Shown here: positions 1-10,446 of the stretch, in pieces
How the letters are laid out: each line of letters opens with the position of its first letter
How positions within the stretch are numbered: the first letter of the stretch is position 1
IMG/VR virus record: IMGVR_UViG_3300045988_128026
Span: 23,157 to 87,156 of that record
DNA from: a virus
DNA: 64,000 nt
Strand: one strand, 5' to 3'
Position numbers and translations under genes: made by a program
The notes under the pieces: model-generated
What the model was told of the DNA's origin: nothing
Databases searched by the model: none
What the model saw: the letters and a program-made list of their open reading frames with translations, nothing else

Positions 1-1291
1 AACCTTGAATATTCATAGCATCTCTGGAAACAAAGTTCACAAACTTGCTTAATAGTTTTGCCTTGCAGTCAGGATTCATGCATTTTAAAACTTTACTACC
101 ATTTTCATTGATGATTTTTGCTTCGCCACCGCAGGTTGGACAAGTATCTGGAATCTTGAATGTATTGCTTCTTGTCAGATTATCGTGTACTTTTGGAATC
201 ACCATATTACTACGATAAACCTGAATCGTATCACCTGCACCAAGTTCCAACCCTTCAATGTAACTTACATTATGTAATGTAGCTCTTGTGGTTTCTGCGC
301 CATCAAGATCAACTGGATCGAATACTGCAACTGGATTAATCAACCCTGTACGAGATGTATTCCATTCAATATCTCTGATTGTTGTTTCGTAGAGGTCATC
401 TTTATATTTGTAGGCGATCAACGATAATGGATGATGCCCCGTCATTCCTAACGATTTACCATATTGATAATCGTTGTAGGAAATAATTAAACCATCAACA
501 GGATATTTGTATTCTTCTGGCTGAAATGTTGCCATATACTCTTCAACATTATCTCGGTTAACGACCTGATGCTCTACTACATCAAACCCTTGTTCTGCAA
601 GATATTTAAAGCTATCTGCAATGCTTGGCATTTCTGATTCAGGTGTGTCTCCAAGTTTGACTAATTCAAATACTTTGTAAGCCAACTTCCTGTCTTTTGC
701 CACATTAGAGTCTAACTGTCTAACAGTACCTGCTGCTAAATTTCTTGCATTTTTGTATTTGCCATGTAATTTTTCATTAATCTTAGCAAAATCATCATAT
801 CCAATAACTGCTTCACCACGAATTTCAAGATAACGCTTTTCAGGGATTGACTGTGGAACATTTCGTACCATTTTCATCGTGTGAGTGACATCCTCACCGA
901 TTTCGCCATTTCCCCTTGTAATTGCTTGTTTTAAGCGTCCATTTTCGTATCTGAGAACAATACTGAGACCATCTTCTTTCCACGATAAAACACCAATTTT
1001 ATCCGCAAGAAATTTTTTGACCTCATTGACATCCTTCGTCTTCTGAGCTGATAACATTGGGCGTGTATGCTTTACTTTAGCCAGAGAATCAATTATAAAT
1101 CCTTGAACGTGGTGGATGGGCGAATTATTCAAAACAACGCCAGAATCTCTCTCAAGTCGTTCTAAAGCAGCGCATAAATCGTCAAATTCTTTATCTGAAA
1201 TGATCGGATTATCCTCTGCGTAGTACGCATATGAAGCATCATTGATTCTGTCGATCAAGACATTCATTTCTTTCACATATTCAGTTTTCAT
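1..1291 (-). CDS. ligA: NAD+-dependent DNA ligase (LigA family), N-terminal ~430 aa; C-terminus lies beyond window start
   Basis: My own minus-strand translation from ATG at 1291 (MKTEYVKEMNVLIDRINDASYAYY...) is open to position 1. Motifs: KEDG adenylation motif (KxDG), TRGNGEIGEDVT (LigA TRGDGxxGEDxT), EIRGEAV, NARNLAAG, Zn finger CPTCGG..CMNPDC, VSRDAMNIQG entering the HhH region. Absent from ORF track because no stop occurs inside the window. Confidence 0.85.
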   Translation of the reverse strand, partial: MKTEYVKEMNVLIDRINDASYAYYAEDNPIISDKEFDDLCAALERLERDSGVVLNNSPIHHVQGFIIDSLAKVKHTRPMLSAQKTKDVNEVKKFLADKIGVLSWKEDGLSIVLRYENGRLKQAITRGNGEIGEDVTHTMKMVRNVPQSIPEKRYLEIRGEAVIGYDDFAKINEKLHGKYKNARNLAAGTVRQLDSNVAKDRKLAYKVFELVKLGDTPESEMPSIADSFKYLAEQGFDVVEHQVVNRDNVEEYMATFQPEEYKYPVDGLIISYNDYQYGKSLGMTGHHPLSLIAYKYKDDLYETTIRDIEWNTSRTGLINPVAVFDPVDLDGAETTRATLHNVSYIEGLELGAGDTIQVYRSNMVIPKVHDNLTRSNTFKIPDTCPTCGGEAKIINENGSKVLKCMNPDCKAKLLSKFVNFVSRDAMNIQG

Positions 1292-1374
1292 AATTTTTGG
1301 ATTTTCCTTTTCTTGTTTATATTGTTTAGTTAATTATTTTAATTTGTGTTTCTATGTCTTTCAGTAACTGCCAA

Positions 1375-2013
1375 TTACTTCACTACATATATTTTTCTGT
1401 GCTGTTGCACATTTATTGTTTCGGAATGTGTTGATTTGAACACGTCTACATGCATTCCTTTTACTTTGCCTCCACAATCTTCTGCCACAAAGATTGTATC
1501 ACCGTATCCCTCAATCTTAACTCTTGTTCCATAAGGAATAATGTTTTTATCAACCGCAATCGTATGATACGGTCGAGCAAATCTATGCCCTGCATGATTC
1601 CAAGCAATCTTAGATCCATATCCTTCAGAACATTCATAACATGGACAATATGCCGTGATCAAAAATGTTCCAAGTGAACTCTTTTCAAATTCTTGCTTTC
1701 GCTTCAACCGTTGCCGTTTAATTCGCAATCGTTTCTTTCGAAGTTTTTCTAATCGAATCTGCCTTGCTTTCTCCTCATCAGCTTGCTTACATTTCTGATA
1801 ATGCTCATGAACGTCTTTTAATTCAACGCTTTGACTGATTGGATTGTTTGAAATCACATTGCCTTGCTTATTTTCTGCAACAGTTGTCTCTGTTGATAAG
1901 GTTGAAGTCTCTACCGAGGGTCGCTCCTCTGCTTTAACTGTGTGAGTCATAAAGCCCGAACACATTGCTAAGAAGCTAAATGAAACAACTTTCATTAAAA
2001 ATCTTTTTCTCAT
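1375..2013 (-). CDS. secreted 3D-domain (YuiC/MltA-like) cell-wall hydrolase-like protein
   Basis: Signal peptide MRKRFLMKVVSFSFLAMCSG; motifs ITAYCPCYEC and IAVDKNIIPYGTRVKIEGYGD...AEDCGGKVKG typical of the 3D domain. Start set at M9 (2013), the ATG with RBS AAGGAAAGGAG upstream; the ORF-track start at 2037 lies inside the promoter element. Confidence 0.6.
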   Translation of the reverse strand: MRKRFLMKVVSFSFLAMCSGFMTHTVKAEERPSVETSTLSTETTVAENKQGNVISNNPISQSVELKDVHEHYQKCKQADEEKARQIRLEKLRKKRLRIKRQRLKRKQEFEKSSLGTFLITAYCPCYECSEGYGSKIAWNHAGHRFARPYHTIAVDKNIIPYGTRVKIEGYGDTIFVAEDCGGKVKGMHVDVFKSTHSETINVQQHRKIYVVK

Positions 2014-2050
2014 TTTCGTATCTCCTTTCCTTAACATATTGGCATCTTAC

Positions 2051-2099
2051 CATACTTTTTGCACCCTGTCAATAGGTGCAAGAAAGAAAGTTAATTTTT
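2051..2099 (-). promoter_or_regulatory. 49-bp promoter element copy 1 (-35 TTGACA, 17-nt spacer, -10 TAAGAT on minus strand) with TGCACC..GGTGCA inverted repeat over the -35
   Basis: Identical 49-mer catactttttgcaccctgtcaataggtgcaagaaagaaagttaattttt also at 45280-45328; sits immediately upstream of the 3D-domain gene. Confidence 0.5.
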
Positions 2100-4364
2100 T
2101 AGGCTTAACCAAGTGCGCCTCTTATTATGATTTGTTACGATACATCTCTTGAACGCTTCTGGTTCTGCAAGGAGCGCAAATCTTTTCTTAGCTCGTGTTA
2201 ACATCGTATATAACATACAGTTATCAAGCAATTTGTAATGTGTGTTGTCAATAATACCAATCACAGTTTGTGCAGCTGATCCTTGAAGTTTATGCGTGGT
2301 TAATGCATATGCCAATTGAAGTTGTCCTAACTGAGCGAAAGAATATTCAATCATCTTCTCTTCAATATTTGCGTTCATAGATACCAAGCATATTTCTTTT
2401 TCTTTATCAATTGCTGTAATATATCCAATATCACCATTGAATACATCTCGCTCGTAATCATTTGAAGTCTGTAATACCTTATCTCCTAAATAGTATTTAC
2501 GATCTTTGAATTCGACAAATGGTTTATTATTACCAGCAAATAATTCTTTCTGCACTGCTTTATTCAATTCATCTGTACTGTTCGTGCAATTGCTTCTTCG
2601 TGGGGAAATAATCACAACATTATCAAGCCCTTCCTCTTTAACAGATTTAATATACTGCTTTACTGCCATGTTAAATAACGATTCTCTATTCTTCCTGAAC
2701 AAATAAAACATATCATTTAGTTCACCATGAACAATTTTTAATTGTGGACTATCCAATGGGTTAATTCCTCTACGAATCTTTCTTGCATCCGTTAAAATAC
2801 CAGATTTTTCTGCTTGCCTCATCGGTTTGGTGAGCTGAACGCTATTCAAACCTTTCTTTTTTAACAGATCAGAGAAAATATTACCAAATCCAATCGGTGG
2901 CAACTGCATATAATCACCACAAAAAATTAATCGTGTTCCTGGTCGAATTGCCAATAAAAAATTATAGAAAAGACTCGCATTTGTCATGCTACTTTCATCC
3001 ATGATCACAACATCAGCAGGTAATGGGTTATCTTGGTTGTAGCAAAAATTATCAATACCTTCTGCCACAAGTAATCTATGAATAGTCCGTGAGTCTAAAC
3101 CTGTTGCTTCTTTAATTCTTTGAGCTGCTTTTGCAGATAACGCACACGCAACAATGCTGTTATTTCTTTTTTGGTAGCATTTTATAATTGGTTTCAGAAT
3201 TGTTGTTTTACCAGTTCCAGCTTCTCCAGAAATAAACACAACTTGACAATTTAATGCTTTGTTAACTCCTGTAATTTGCTCTTCTGAAAACATAAACCCT
3301 TCTTCATCTTCAACTTCGGAAATCGTCTGACTAATCTCACTATCTGTTATTGGTTCGTAATCTGTAGTGTTTCCAAATGAATATTTCTCCATATCTTTAA
3401 TTAATTCGTAAATATCCATTTCAATTTTATGATACGATTTTAGACCAATTTTATCTCCAGATGTATATAAATAATTTGGTATTTTTTTATCTGATTCTTC
3501 ATCAAGCCATTCGTCAAATATAGGTAGACATTCAGACGCTGCATTACTAATATCGCTTCTTAAATTTTTGATATATACATATGTATGTCCATCATTATCA
3601 CCAACTTGATGCAAGTCGTAAGAAATAAATGCATTTAACCGTTGATTTGAGCATCGCAATTCTGGTTTTAACTTGAGCGCAATATCATCAACTCGTTTAA
3701 AGCCCATGCCCTTTACCCTAGTTAGTATATATGGATTTTGTTCAATCTGTTTTTTTAAAACACTTGGATTAGGTTCGGATTTCAATAATCTTTCAATCGT
3801 TGGTAACGTAACCCCATATGGTTGCAACATTACAACAATATCAGAAATCACATAGTTTTTAATAATTTTATCTCTAAGCTTCTTCCAAGTTTTATCTCCT
3901 AGTCCTTTGATTTCTGAATGGTCAATCATCTCTAACTGACCATTCATTACATCTTCAACAACATTAGGATATTTCGCAATTAATTGATCTGCGATCACTG
4001 CGTTCGTCTGTGTTTTTAAAAATACCTTTTGTGCTTCAAAAGTTTTAGGAACTTCAGCAACTATAGAAAGTGGTTTATATTGGTATTCATTGTATTTCTT
4101 AGAATATGTCATATTGGCTTTAACCTTATATTTCGTTCCTAAATACAACTCCTGCATATTACCAACCAATTTGCCACATTTATTCATTTTTTTATCGGAT
4201 AAGTCATCAAAATCATTATTATTATATGGTTTACATTCTGGTAAATCTTCTGCTGTACAGAATGTGTAAATCCCAAATAAAGATTCTTCATTATAATAAA
4301 TCTGATATAATGGGACAATCTCAAACTCATATTCTTTTGTACTATCCACCACTTTAGGCGACAA
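2091..4364 (-). CDS. SF1 RecD-like ATP-dependent DNA helicase
   Basis: Walker A GEAGTGKTT, Walker B-like VIMDESSM, C-terminal TTHKLQGSAAQTV (RecD/TraA-type motif); 757 aa. Confidence 0.8.
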   Translation of the reverse strand: MSPKVVDSTKEYEFEIVPLYQIYYNEESLFGIYTFCTAEDLPECKPYNNNDFDDLSDKKMNKCGKLVGNMQELYLGTKYKVKANMTYSKKYNEYQYKPLSIVAEVPKTFEAQKVFLKTQTNAVIADQLIAKYPNVVEDVMNGQLEMIDHSEIKGLGDKTWKKLRDKIIKNYVISDIVVMLQPYGVTLPTIERLLKSEPNPSVLKKQIEQNPYILTRVKGMGFKRVDDIALKLKPELRCSNQRLNAFISYDLHQVGDNDGHTYVYIKNLRSDISNAASECLPIFDEWLDEESDKKIPNYLYTSGDKIGLKSYHKIEMDIYELIKDMEKYSFGNTTDYEPITDSEISQTISEVEDEEGFMFSEEQITGVNKALNCQVVFISGEAGTGKTTILKPIIKCYQKRNNSIVACALSAKAAQRIKEATGLDSRTIHRLLVAEGIDNFCYNQDNPLPADVVIMDESSMTNASLFYNFLLAIRPGTRLIFCGDYMQLPPIGFGNIFSDLLKKKGLNSVQLTKPMRQAEKSGILTDARKIRRGINPLDSPQLKIVHGELNDMFYLFRKNRESLFNMAVKQYIKSVKEEGLDNVVIISPRRSNCTNSTDELNKAVQKELFAGNNKPFVEFKDRKYYLGDKVLQTSNDYERDVFNGDIGYITAIDKEKEICLVSMNANIEEKMIEYSFAQLGQLQLAYALTTHKLQGSAAQTVIGIIDNTHYKLLDNCMLYTMLTRAKKRFALLAEPEAFKRCIVTNHNKRRTWLSLKN

Positions 4365-7300
4365 CCCCCTTCACTTTCTTAATATCTTCTAGCCATTGTT
4401 TATATGGTTTAATTTTCTTTGCGATAACCTTCTCTTCTGAATCTTTTCTGCATAACATCGCAATCTGATTTCCTTTGGTAATCATATCTTCATATTCTTT
4501 TAATTGCGAATGCCAGACGATTGCCTCAGTCAATCCAAAACTAGAATATAAATTCACATACGCAAATGTCTTTTTATTTTTGTCTTTCTTTTTATCAACT
4601 TTAGCGATCACTGCAACCACAGTACAATCATCTCCATTTTCAACATCTTGAAATTGTTTTGACATATACTTGTATGCCTGATCAAATGGGTTATCGTTGA
4701 TAAAGATTTGCAATGCTTCAAATTCCCAAAAATCTTCATTCTCAAGATATTTTTGATTCTTTGCGATAAATTTCTGAAATCGTTCTTTTTCCTTATCTTT
4801 ATACAGTTCATACTTTTTATCGTTGTAAGCTTTTAATATTGCATCTTTGTCGTAATCATATTTCTTCTCACCTATACGGTAATCTTCAGCGTCAATATCC
4901 CATTTAATAAGTAACTGTTTGTAACTCGGTGCTTTTGCAACTGGCTTGAATGTTGTTGGCTGATACATAGATTTCAAATACTGAATTAAAGTTTTACGTT
5001 TATTCTTTGTTGGAATTGCACCTGCTTTGATCAACTGAATAACCTGTGATTTACTTGGATTAATACGTTCGCAAAAGTTTTCAAACCCTATGAATTTACC
5101 ATTTTCATCACGGTCTTCAAGAATTACCTTTGCAATTTTTTCTCCAATACCACTGATAGCCGATAATCCAAACAATATATACACATCGTCAATACTGAAA
5201 TTCATCATTGATTTATTTAAGTTTGGTGGTAATACTTGAATCTTAAACGCCTTGGCATCAAGAATATATTTATTTACCATTCCTGCCTTATCTTTGTTAC
5301 GATTCAATAATGCCTTAAAAAAACACAACGCATAATGTTTCTTTAAAAACGCTGTTTGTAAGCATAATACAGCGTAGGAGTACGCATGACTTTTATTGAA
5401 TAAGTATCCCCCTTTTTGGGATAACGTCTCGCTAATCTGTTTTGCAATTTCTTCGGGGTATCCATTCTCAATAATCTCGTAATAAAGCTTTTTAGATTCA
5501 GACTTCACAAGTTCAATATTCTTTTTACCAATCGCCTTACGGAATAAGTCGGCTCCTCCATAACTTCGACCACCAAATTTACGAACAATATCAAGTAATT
5601 GCTCCTGATAAATCATACATCCATATGTTTCCTTTAAGATTGGCTCCATATCTGGATGGATATATGTAATTTTCTCTGGGTGATGTTTGTACTCAATAAA
5701 TTCTTCTAAGACATCCATTGCATCTGGTCTATACAGTGCTAATACAGCTGCCAACTCTTCCATGTTTGATACCTGCAACCTAACCAACAAATCCTTCATG
5801 CCAGCACTTTCAACTTGGAAAACACCATTCGTCATTGCACTACGCAATAATTCATATGATCCTTCATCCATTTCAAACTTTGGATTGTTAATATTTACAT
5901 CAAACTCAGTTAACCCTGCGTCAATTTCAGCTTCTTTTACAGTGTTTAATGTGGCAACACCCAGAATATCAAATTTAATAATTCCAATTTCTTCAACGAT
6001 ACGTTTATCTACTTGAATAACGTGCTCTCCGTCAGTTCCAAGCTTCATTGCCATATAATCGCTAATATCTGTATCTACAATTCCTACACCACCTGCATGA
6101 GAAGATACTGTTTTTACTCTGCCTGCAAGATGTGATGCAACATCAAAAAGTTCTTCATATCTTGGGTTCTCTGCTAAATCTCTGTTATTCCATAAAGATT
6201 CTTCAATCGTGTCATATACAAATTTTTTACTTAGTTTGTCCATCTCGTGATAATTGAACCCTAAGACCTTGCCAACATCTTTGATTGCCACAATTGGAGT
6301 AATAAAACTGAAATTGATAATCTGGCATACTCTGTTTTCGCCATACTTATCGATCAAATATTGGATAATCTCATCTCGTGTACCAACATCTGTATCTGTA
6401 TCTGGCATTGAAATTCGCTCTGGATTCAAAAATCTTTCAAAAATTAGTCCATATTTGATAGGATCTAAGTCTGTAATTGTAATCGTGTAACACACTAAAC
6501 TACCTGCACAACTACCTCGACCAGCACCAATTGGAATACCATTTTCTCTTGCAAAATTGATAAAATCCCATACAATTAAGAAATACCCATCGAATCCCAT
6601 TGAATGAATAATATCTAACTCATAATCAATTCTTTCTTTTCTGAGTTTCTGCTCATCTTCTGGTAATTTATCGAATCCTCGTTTTACCCATCCTGTATCA
6701 ATCAGATACTTTAAATAAGAATAATTATCTTCAAATCCTTCTGGTAATGGGAAAGATGGTAACTGAGGTGCCTGAAATGGCATGTGAATTTCATCAATTA
6801 AATCTGCAATCCTATCAGTTTCTTCAAGCCCTTTAGTTACTGCGTCTTTTCCAATTTGATTATCCATAATTGCATGAATTTCATCGTCAGATTGTAAATA
6901 ACATCCTTCATAAATTTCTGCTGCGGTTTCAGTATCGTGAGCAAGCTTTACATGCCAGTTCTGATAATACAGATCTTCTTTTCTAGCAGCATGACTATCA
7001 GTTGTGATAATGTATGGTGTGTTAGTATCTACTGAAAGCTGTAAGATTTTCTGATTATATACCACTTGATCCTGATGTGAATGTGACTGCATTTCTAAAT
7101 AAAAATGTGGAAAAATCTCTTTGTATTCACGAACATATTCAACACATTTCTGATAATCTGGCTCTCTGGCAAGTTTAGATGCTAAACAAGCACTACTTAC
7201 AATCAAATGCTTAGCATATGGTTTCAACGCTTTCAGATCAATTCGTGGCTTGTAGTAAAATCCATGAAAATTTGAATCAGTTACCAATTGATTAATTGCT

Positions 7301-7587
7301 TTTCTACCATTCTCATTCTTTGCCAATACAATTAAATGGAAATATTTGCTATCCTTATTCTGTTCTGTCATATCAAAGCATTCATAAAATTCAACTCCAA
7401 AAATCAATTTAACACTTGGATATTTCTCATGAAGCTTATCATAATAGCACCAACTATACTCATTGCCATGTTCTGTGATAGCCAGGGCTTTTAGTCCTAT
7501 CTCTTCTGCTCTTTGTAAGTTTTCTTCAGGTAATGCATATCCATCTAACAATGAATAATGCGAATGTGTATGTAATGAACTGCTCAC
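4354..7587 (-). CDS. dnaE: DNA polymerase III alpha subunit (DnaE-type replicative polymerase)
   Basis: N-terminal PHP motif HTHSHYSLLDG; palm signature GAGRGSCAGSLVCYTITITDLDPIKYGLIFERFLNPERISMPDTDTD; 1077 aa. Confidence 0.9.
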   Translation of the reverse strand: MSSSLHTHSHYSLLDGYALPEENLQRAEEIGLKALAITEHGNEYSWCYYDKLHEKYPSVKLIFGVEFYECFDMTEQNKDSKYFHLIVLAKNENGRKAINQLVTDSNFHGFYYKPRIDLKALKPYAKHLIVSSACLASKLAREPDYQKCVEYVREYKEIFPHFYLEMQSHSHQDQVVYNQKILQLSVDTNTPYIITTDSHAARKEDLYYQNWHVKLAHDTETAAEIYEGCYLQSDDEIHAIMDNQIGKDAVTKGLEETDRIADLIDEIHMPFQAPQLPSFPLPEGFEDNYSYLKYLIDTGWVKRGFDKLPEDEQKLRKERIDYELDIIHSMGFDGYFLIVWDFINFARENGIPIGAGRGSCAGSLVCYTITITDLDPIKYGLIFERFLNPERISMPDTDTDVGTRDEIIQYLIDKYGENRVCQIINFSFITPIVAIKDVGKVLGFNYHEMDKLSKKFVYDTIEESLWNNRDLAENPRYEELFDVASHLAGRVKTVSSHAGGVGIVDTDISDYMAMKLGTDGEHVIQVDKRIVEEIGIIKFDILGVATLNTVKEAEIDAGLTEFDVNINNPKFEMDEGSYELLRSAMTNGVFQVESAGMKDLLVRLQVSNMEELAAVLALYRPDAMDVLEEFIEYKHHPEKITYIHPDMEPILKETYGCMIYQEQLLDIVRKFGGRSYGGADLFRKAIGKKNIELVKSESKKLYYEIIENGYPEEIAKQISETLSQKGGYLFNKSHAYSYAVLCLQTAFLKKHYALCFFKALLNRNKDKAGMVNKYILDAKAFKIQVLPPNLNKSMMNFSIDDVYILFGLSAISGIGEKIAKVILEDRDENGKFIGFENFCERINPSKSQVIQLIKAGAIPTKNKRKTLIQYLKSMYQPTTFKPVAKAPSYKQLLIKWDIDAEDYRIGEKKYDYDKDAILKAYNDKKYELYKDKEKERFQKFIAKNQKYLENEDFWEFEALQIFINDNPFDQAYKYMSKQFQDVENGDDCTVVAVIAKVDKKKDKNKKTFAYVNLYSSFGLTEAIVWHSQLKEYEDMITKGNQIAMLCRKDSEEKVIAKKIKPYKQWLEDIKKVKGVVA

Positions 7588-7598
7588 TAACTTTCACC

Positions 7599-9347
7599 TC
7601 AATCCCAAATATCTTCGTCTAATTCTTCATCTATTGTAATGCTCAGAACATTAAGATCATCAACTGCAATTTGATATTGTCTAATACCATTAAAAATATT
7701 AGTTTGCGCAGTTCCTACTAATTCAAATGTAACTGTACCTTCGTCAGAGAAATCGTTCATAATCCAATCATAAATCTTATTTTTTTCATCACATCTAAAC
7801 ATCACGCATGGAATATCATTAATTTTAAATTGGATTGTGTCCATTTTCTTACCAACAACATTAATCTCTTCCTTGTTTAATGTAATATTCTTAACAGCGA
7901 TCATCGGATCATCAATACCCTGCCCACGAATATTATCCAATTTAGACATTTCCTGTAGTAGTTCAAAATCTAATCTGCAAGCATCTACAATGAAATCAAC
8001 CCTATAAGTTGCATCATATTTAACATCTTTCAGCTTGTCGTTTAATTCTGTGATTGCTCCAGAAATATTATCTGTCGAACATCCAAATGCATTGGCGTGA
8101 CCTTTTGCCCATAAAAATGAATTTGTTTCGGATATCACATCTTTCAAACTATCAATCGGGCTATGATCTACATTCCTTGCGCTACCACTCATTTCTACTA
8201 ATCCTGTTTCTTGGTTAGTATGTTTTCGTAATAATAAACATGGTCTGTTCATATCCTCAGCAATCTTAATAGCAACCAATCCTGTCAAACTACTATCTAA
8301 TGTTTCTGTAACATCAAGAATAGTAATCTTGCTATCTTGATCTTTTTCTGCTTCTTTCATAATAATCGGAACCATCTTTTTCTTTTGACGATCCTGTTTA
8401 CCTTTAGCATTTTTACATAATCGAGCAGCACGATCGTAAATGTTCTCTTTGATTACTTCCGCAGGATTGTTTTTTGTTGCTCTTTTCTTATAATCAAATA
8501 CCTCATAGTCTTCAATAAATGCTCTAAAAACTAATTCTTTATCTTTCAAAGAACCAAATCGTACCATACCATTGATAATTGGAACGATATACCACTGAAC
8601 ATTATGGATATTAACAATACTGTGCATTGAATAATCTTGTGCCTGAATTAGTGCTTTAAAGCATTTATTCTGAATATTCTGAATCCCTTTATCCACTAAT
8701 CGACGTGTCTCAAATGATCTCATATCCATGACATCACCGATATTCGCTAATGCACATAAATCTAAATAATCATCAGCATAATTGATCCATAATTCGTCAT
8801 CCATTGCTTGCAAAAATCTATAAACAACGCCTGCCCCACATAAGTCTTTGTTCTTATAGTGTGGACTGCACTGGTTATTTACAATTATAACTTCCTCTGG
8901 CATTTTAATTTCAGATTCTTCTTTTTCATGGTGATCAAGAATTACAATCTGTACGCCACGATTTACAAGTTCAGTACACTGTGTTACATCGTTGGTACCT
9001 GCATCTGGAATTATTAAAAGTTTTACGTCTTCAGGTATAGTAATATCTTCACTTAATCCGTGAGCTTTTGCTTTTTTATGCAATAAGTAACAAATGCTAC
9101 TCTTGCTATCATAAAGTTCATTATTAATACGATTTAAGTACATATATGCCATTGAAGCAGAACAAAATCCGTCTACATCCTCGTCAATTAAAATACCGAT
9201 TTTATGTCCATTTTCAAGTGCAAAAATCGTTGTATTTACTGCATTTTTGATACCCTCTAAATCAGCATAATCTTGAATTACGCTATCATCGAGGTTCAAA
9301 TACGTTTCATAATCATCAATCCCTCTATTTCTTAAAATTTCTGGCAC
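7599..9347 (-). CDS. DHH/DHHA1 phosphoesterase, RecJ-like exonuclease
   Basis: DHH motifs LIDEDVDGFCS, IIPDAGTND, VILDHHEKE; DHHA1 motif GHANAFG; 582 aa inside the replication module. Ends with a TGA stop (DIWD*). Confidence 0.7.
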   Translation of the reverse strand: MPEILRNRGIDDYETYLNLDDSVIQDYADLEGIKNAVNTTIFALENGHKIGILIDEDVDGFCSASMAYMYLNRINNELYDSKSSICYLLHKKAKAHGLSEDITIPEDVKLLIIPDAGTNDVTQCTELVNRGVQIVILDHHEKEESEIKMPEEVIIVNNQCSPHYKNKDLCGAGVVYRFLQAMDDELWINYADDYLDLCALANIGDVMDMRSFETRRLVDKGIQNIQNKCFKALIQAQDYSMHSIVNIHNVQWYIVPIINGMVRFGSLKDKELVFRAFIEDYEVFDYKKRATKNNPAEVIKENIYDRAARLCKNAKGKQDRQKKKMVPIIMKEAEKDQDSKITILDVTETLDSSLTGLVAIKIAEDMNRPCLLLRKHTNQETGLVEMSGSARNVDHSPIDSLKDVISETNSFLWAKGHANAFGCSTDNISGAITELNDKLKDVKYDATYRVDFIVDACRLDFELLQEMSKLDNIRGQGIDDPMIAVKNITLNKEEINVVGKKMDTIQFKINDIPCVMFRCDEKNKIYDWIMNDFSDEGTVTFELVGTAQTNIFNGIRQYQIAVDDLNVLSITIDEELDEDIWD

Positions 9348-9414
9348 AACATTAGAGGTATCATTTGTGCCACCTTCATATAATTTGTATTTTATATGTA
9401 TAACCTGCCTGTTC

Positions 9415-10443
9415 TTATTTAAGTGTATACAAATAGTTATTTAACAATAGTTCCCATTTTTTAGGATCATCAGTAGGTGATTCTTTTTCATCAAGGATTC
9501 CTTCTTTTGAATTATCCATAATATATGAAATCGGAACTCCATCAATAAAACGATCGCCAAGCTTTTGAATCTCTTCTAACTCAACATCTTTGTCAAAAAT
9601 AAATACTACTTCAACTCCGAGTCTTGTTAACATATCAATTTGCTGTCTTGAAACTTGCTTGCCGCCAGTTGCCACAACATTTTGATATCCATATGACCAT
9701 AGCTGCATGACAGCTTTTTCTGCTTCTGCAACATATACTCTTCCAACCCTTTCTATATAAGGTAGAGTTTTATTCAATCCGTATAAGATTCTTTGTCTAG
9801 CGCATGGTTCAATATATAAATATTTCAAATCATGTTTATCTAACTCTTTCTTGAACAATCGTCCTTTAACACCTACCAAATCGCCAATTTCAGAAAAAAT
9901 AGGTATTGTAATTCTGTTTGTATCTTCGTCATAGCCAATATTAAATTCTTTCTGTGTTAAATAAGTAATATGATCTTCATAAAACAGATCATTAACATAG
10001 TCCTTATAATAAGAAAGAATTCGTTTTGAAATTGGTTTGACTGGTTTATCTTCTTCGGTTTCTATATTTTCTTTCATATCATGAATCAATTGAGTGATCT
10101 GCAAACTTTCTGGCAGTTGCTCATTAAAATCATGATAATAATCTATGCCGATCAAATTGGCTAGATATTTTAAACCGTCTGGGAAAGACAGACTTTTTGT
10201 AAAGCATACCAAGTCAATTAAATCTGTCTGTCTTTCTTTTGCTGTCATTTTTCTTGTATAATTTGTGCAATTTAGGTTTTCGTTGTTATATGTAATAACT
10301 GCGGATTCATTATCCCCATCTTTATTTGCACAGCTCCAATATCCAGACGAATGATATTTAATATGATGACAGCCTATATCTTTCAGAATATTTTCTACAT
10401 AATTATTGTCGTATATATATTCTTTTAGCTGTGCTACATCCAT
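9415..10443 (-). CDS. DnaG-like DNA primase (zinc-binding + TOPRIM)
   Basis: N-terminal Cys/His cluster CHHIKYHSSGYWSCANKDGD..NCTNY; TOPRIM-like EAEKAVMQLWSYGYQNVVATGG...VVFIFDKD. Confidence 0.7.
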   Translation of the reverse strand: MDVAQLKEYIYDNNYVENILKDIGCHHIKYHSSGYWSCANKDGDNESAVITYNNENLNCTNYTRKMTAKERQTDLIDLVCFTKSLSFPDGLKYLANLIGIDYYHDFNEQLPESLQITQLIHDMKENIETEEDKPVKPISKRILSYYKDYVNDLFYEDHITYLTQKEFNIGYDEDTNRITIPIFSEIGDLVGVKGRLFKKELDKHDLKYLYIEPCARQRILYGLNKTLPYIERVGRVYVAEAEKAVMQLWSYGYQNVVATGGKQVSRQQIDMLTRLGVEVVFIFDKDVELEEIQKLGDRFIDGVPISYIMDNSKEGILDEKESPTDDPKKWELLLNNYLYTLK

Positions 10444-10446
10444 AAC

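Noticed and set aside
5687-6016. Plus-strand ORFs from the track (e.g. 5687-6016, 31440-31766, 46960-47448, 48443-48856) lying inside long minus-strand genes.
   Set aside because: They sit antisense within well-supported conserved CDS (DnaE, flotillin, recombinase), lack RBS context and are low-complexity or hydrophobic; treated as spurious.
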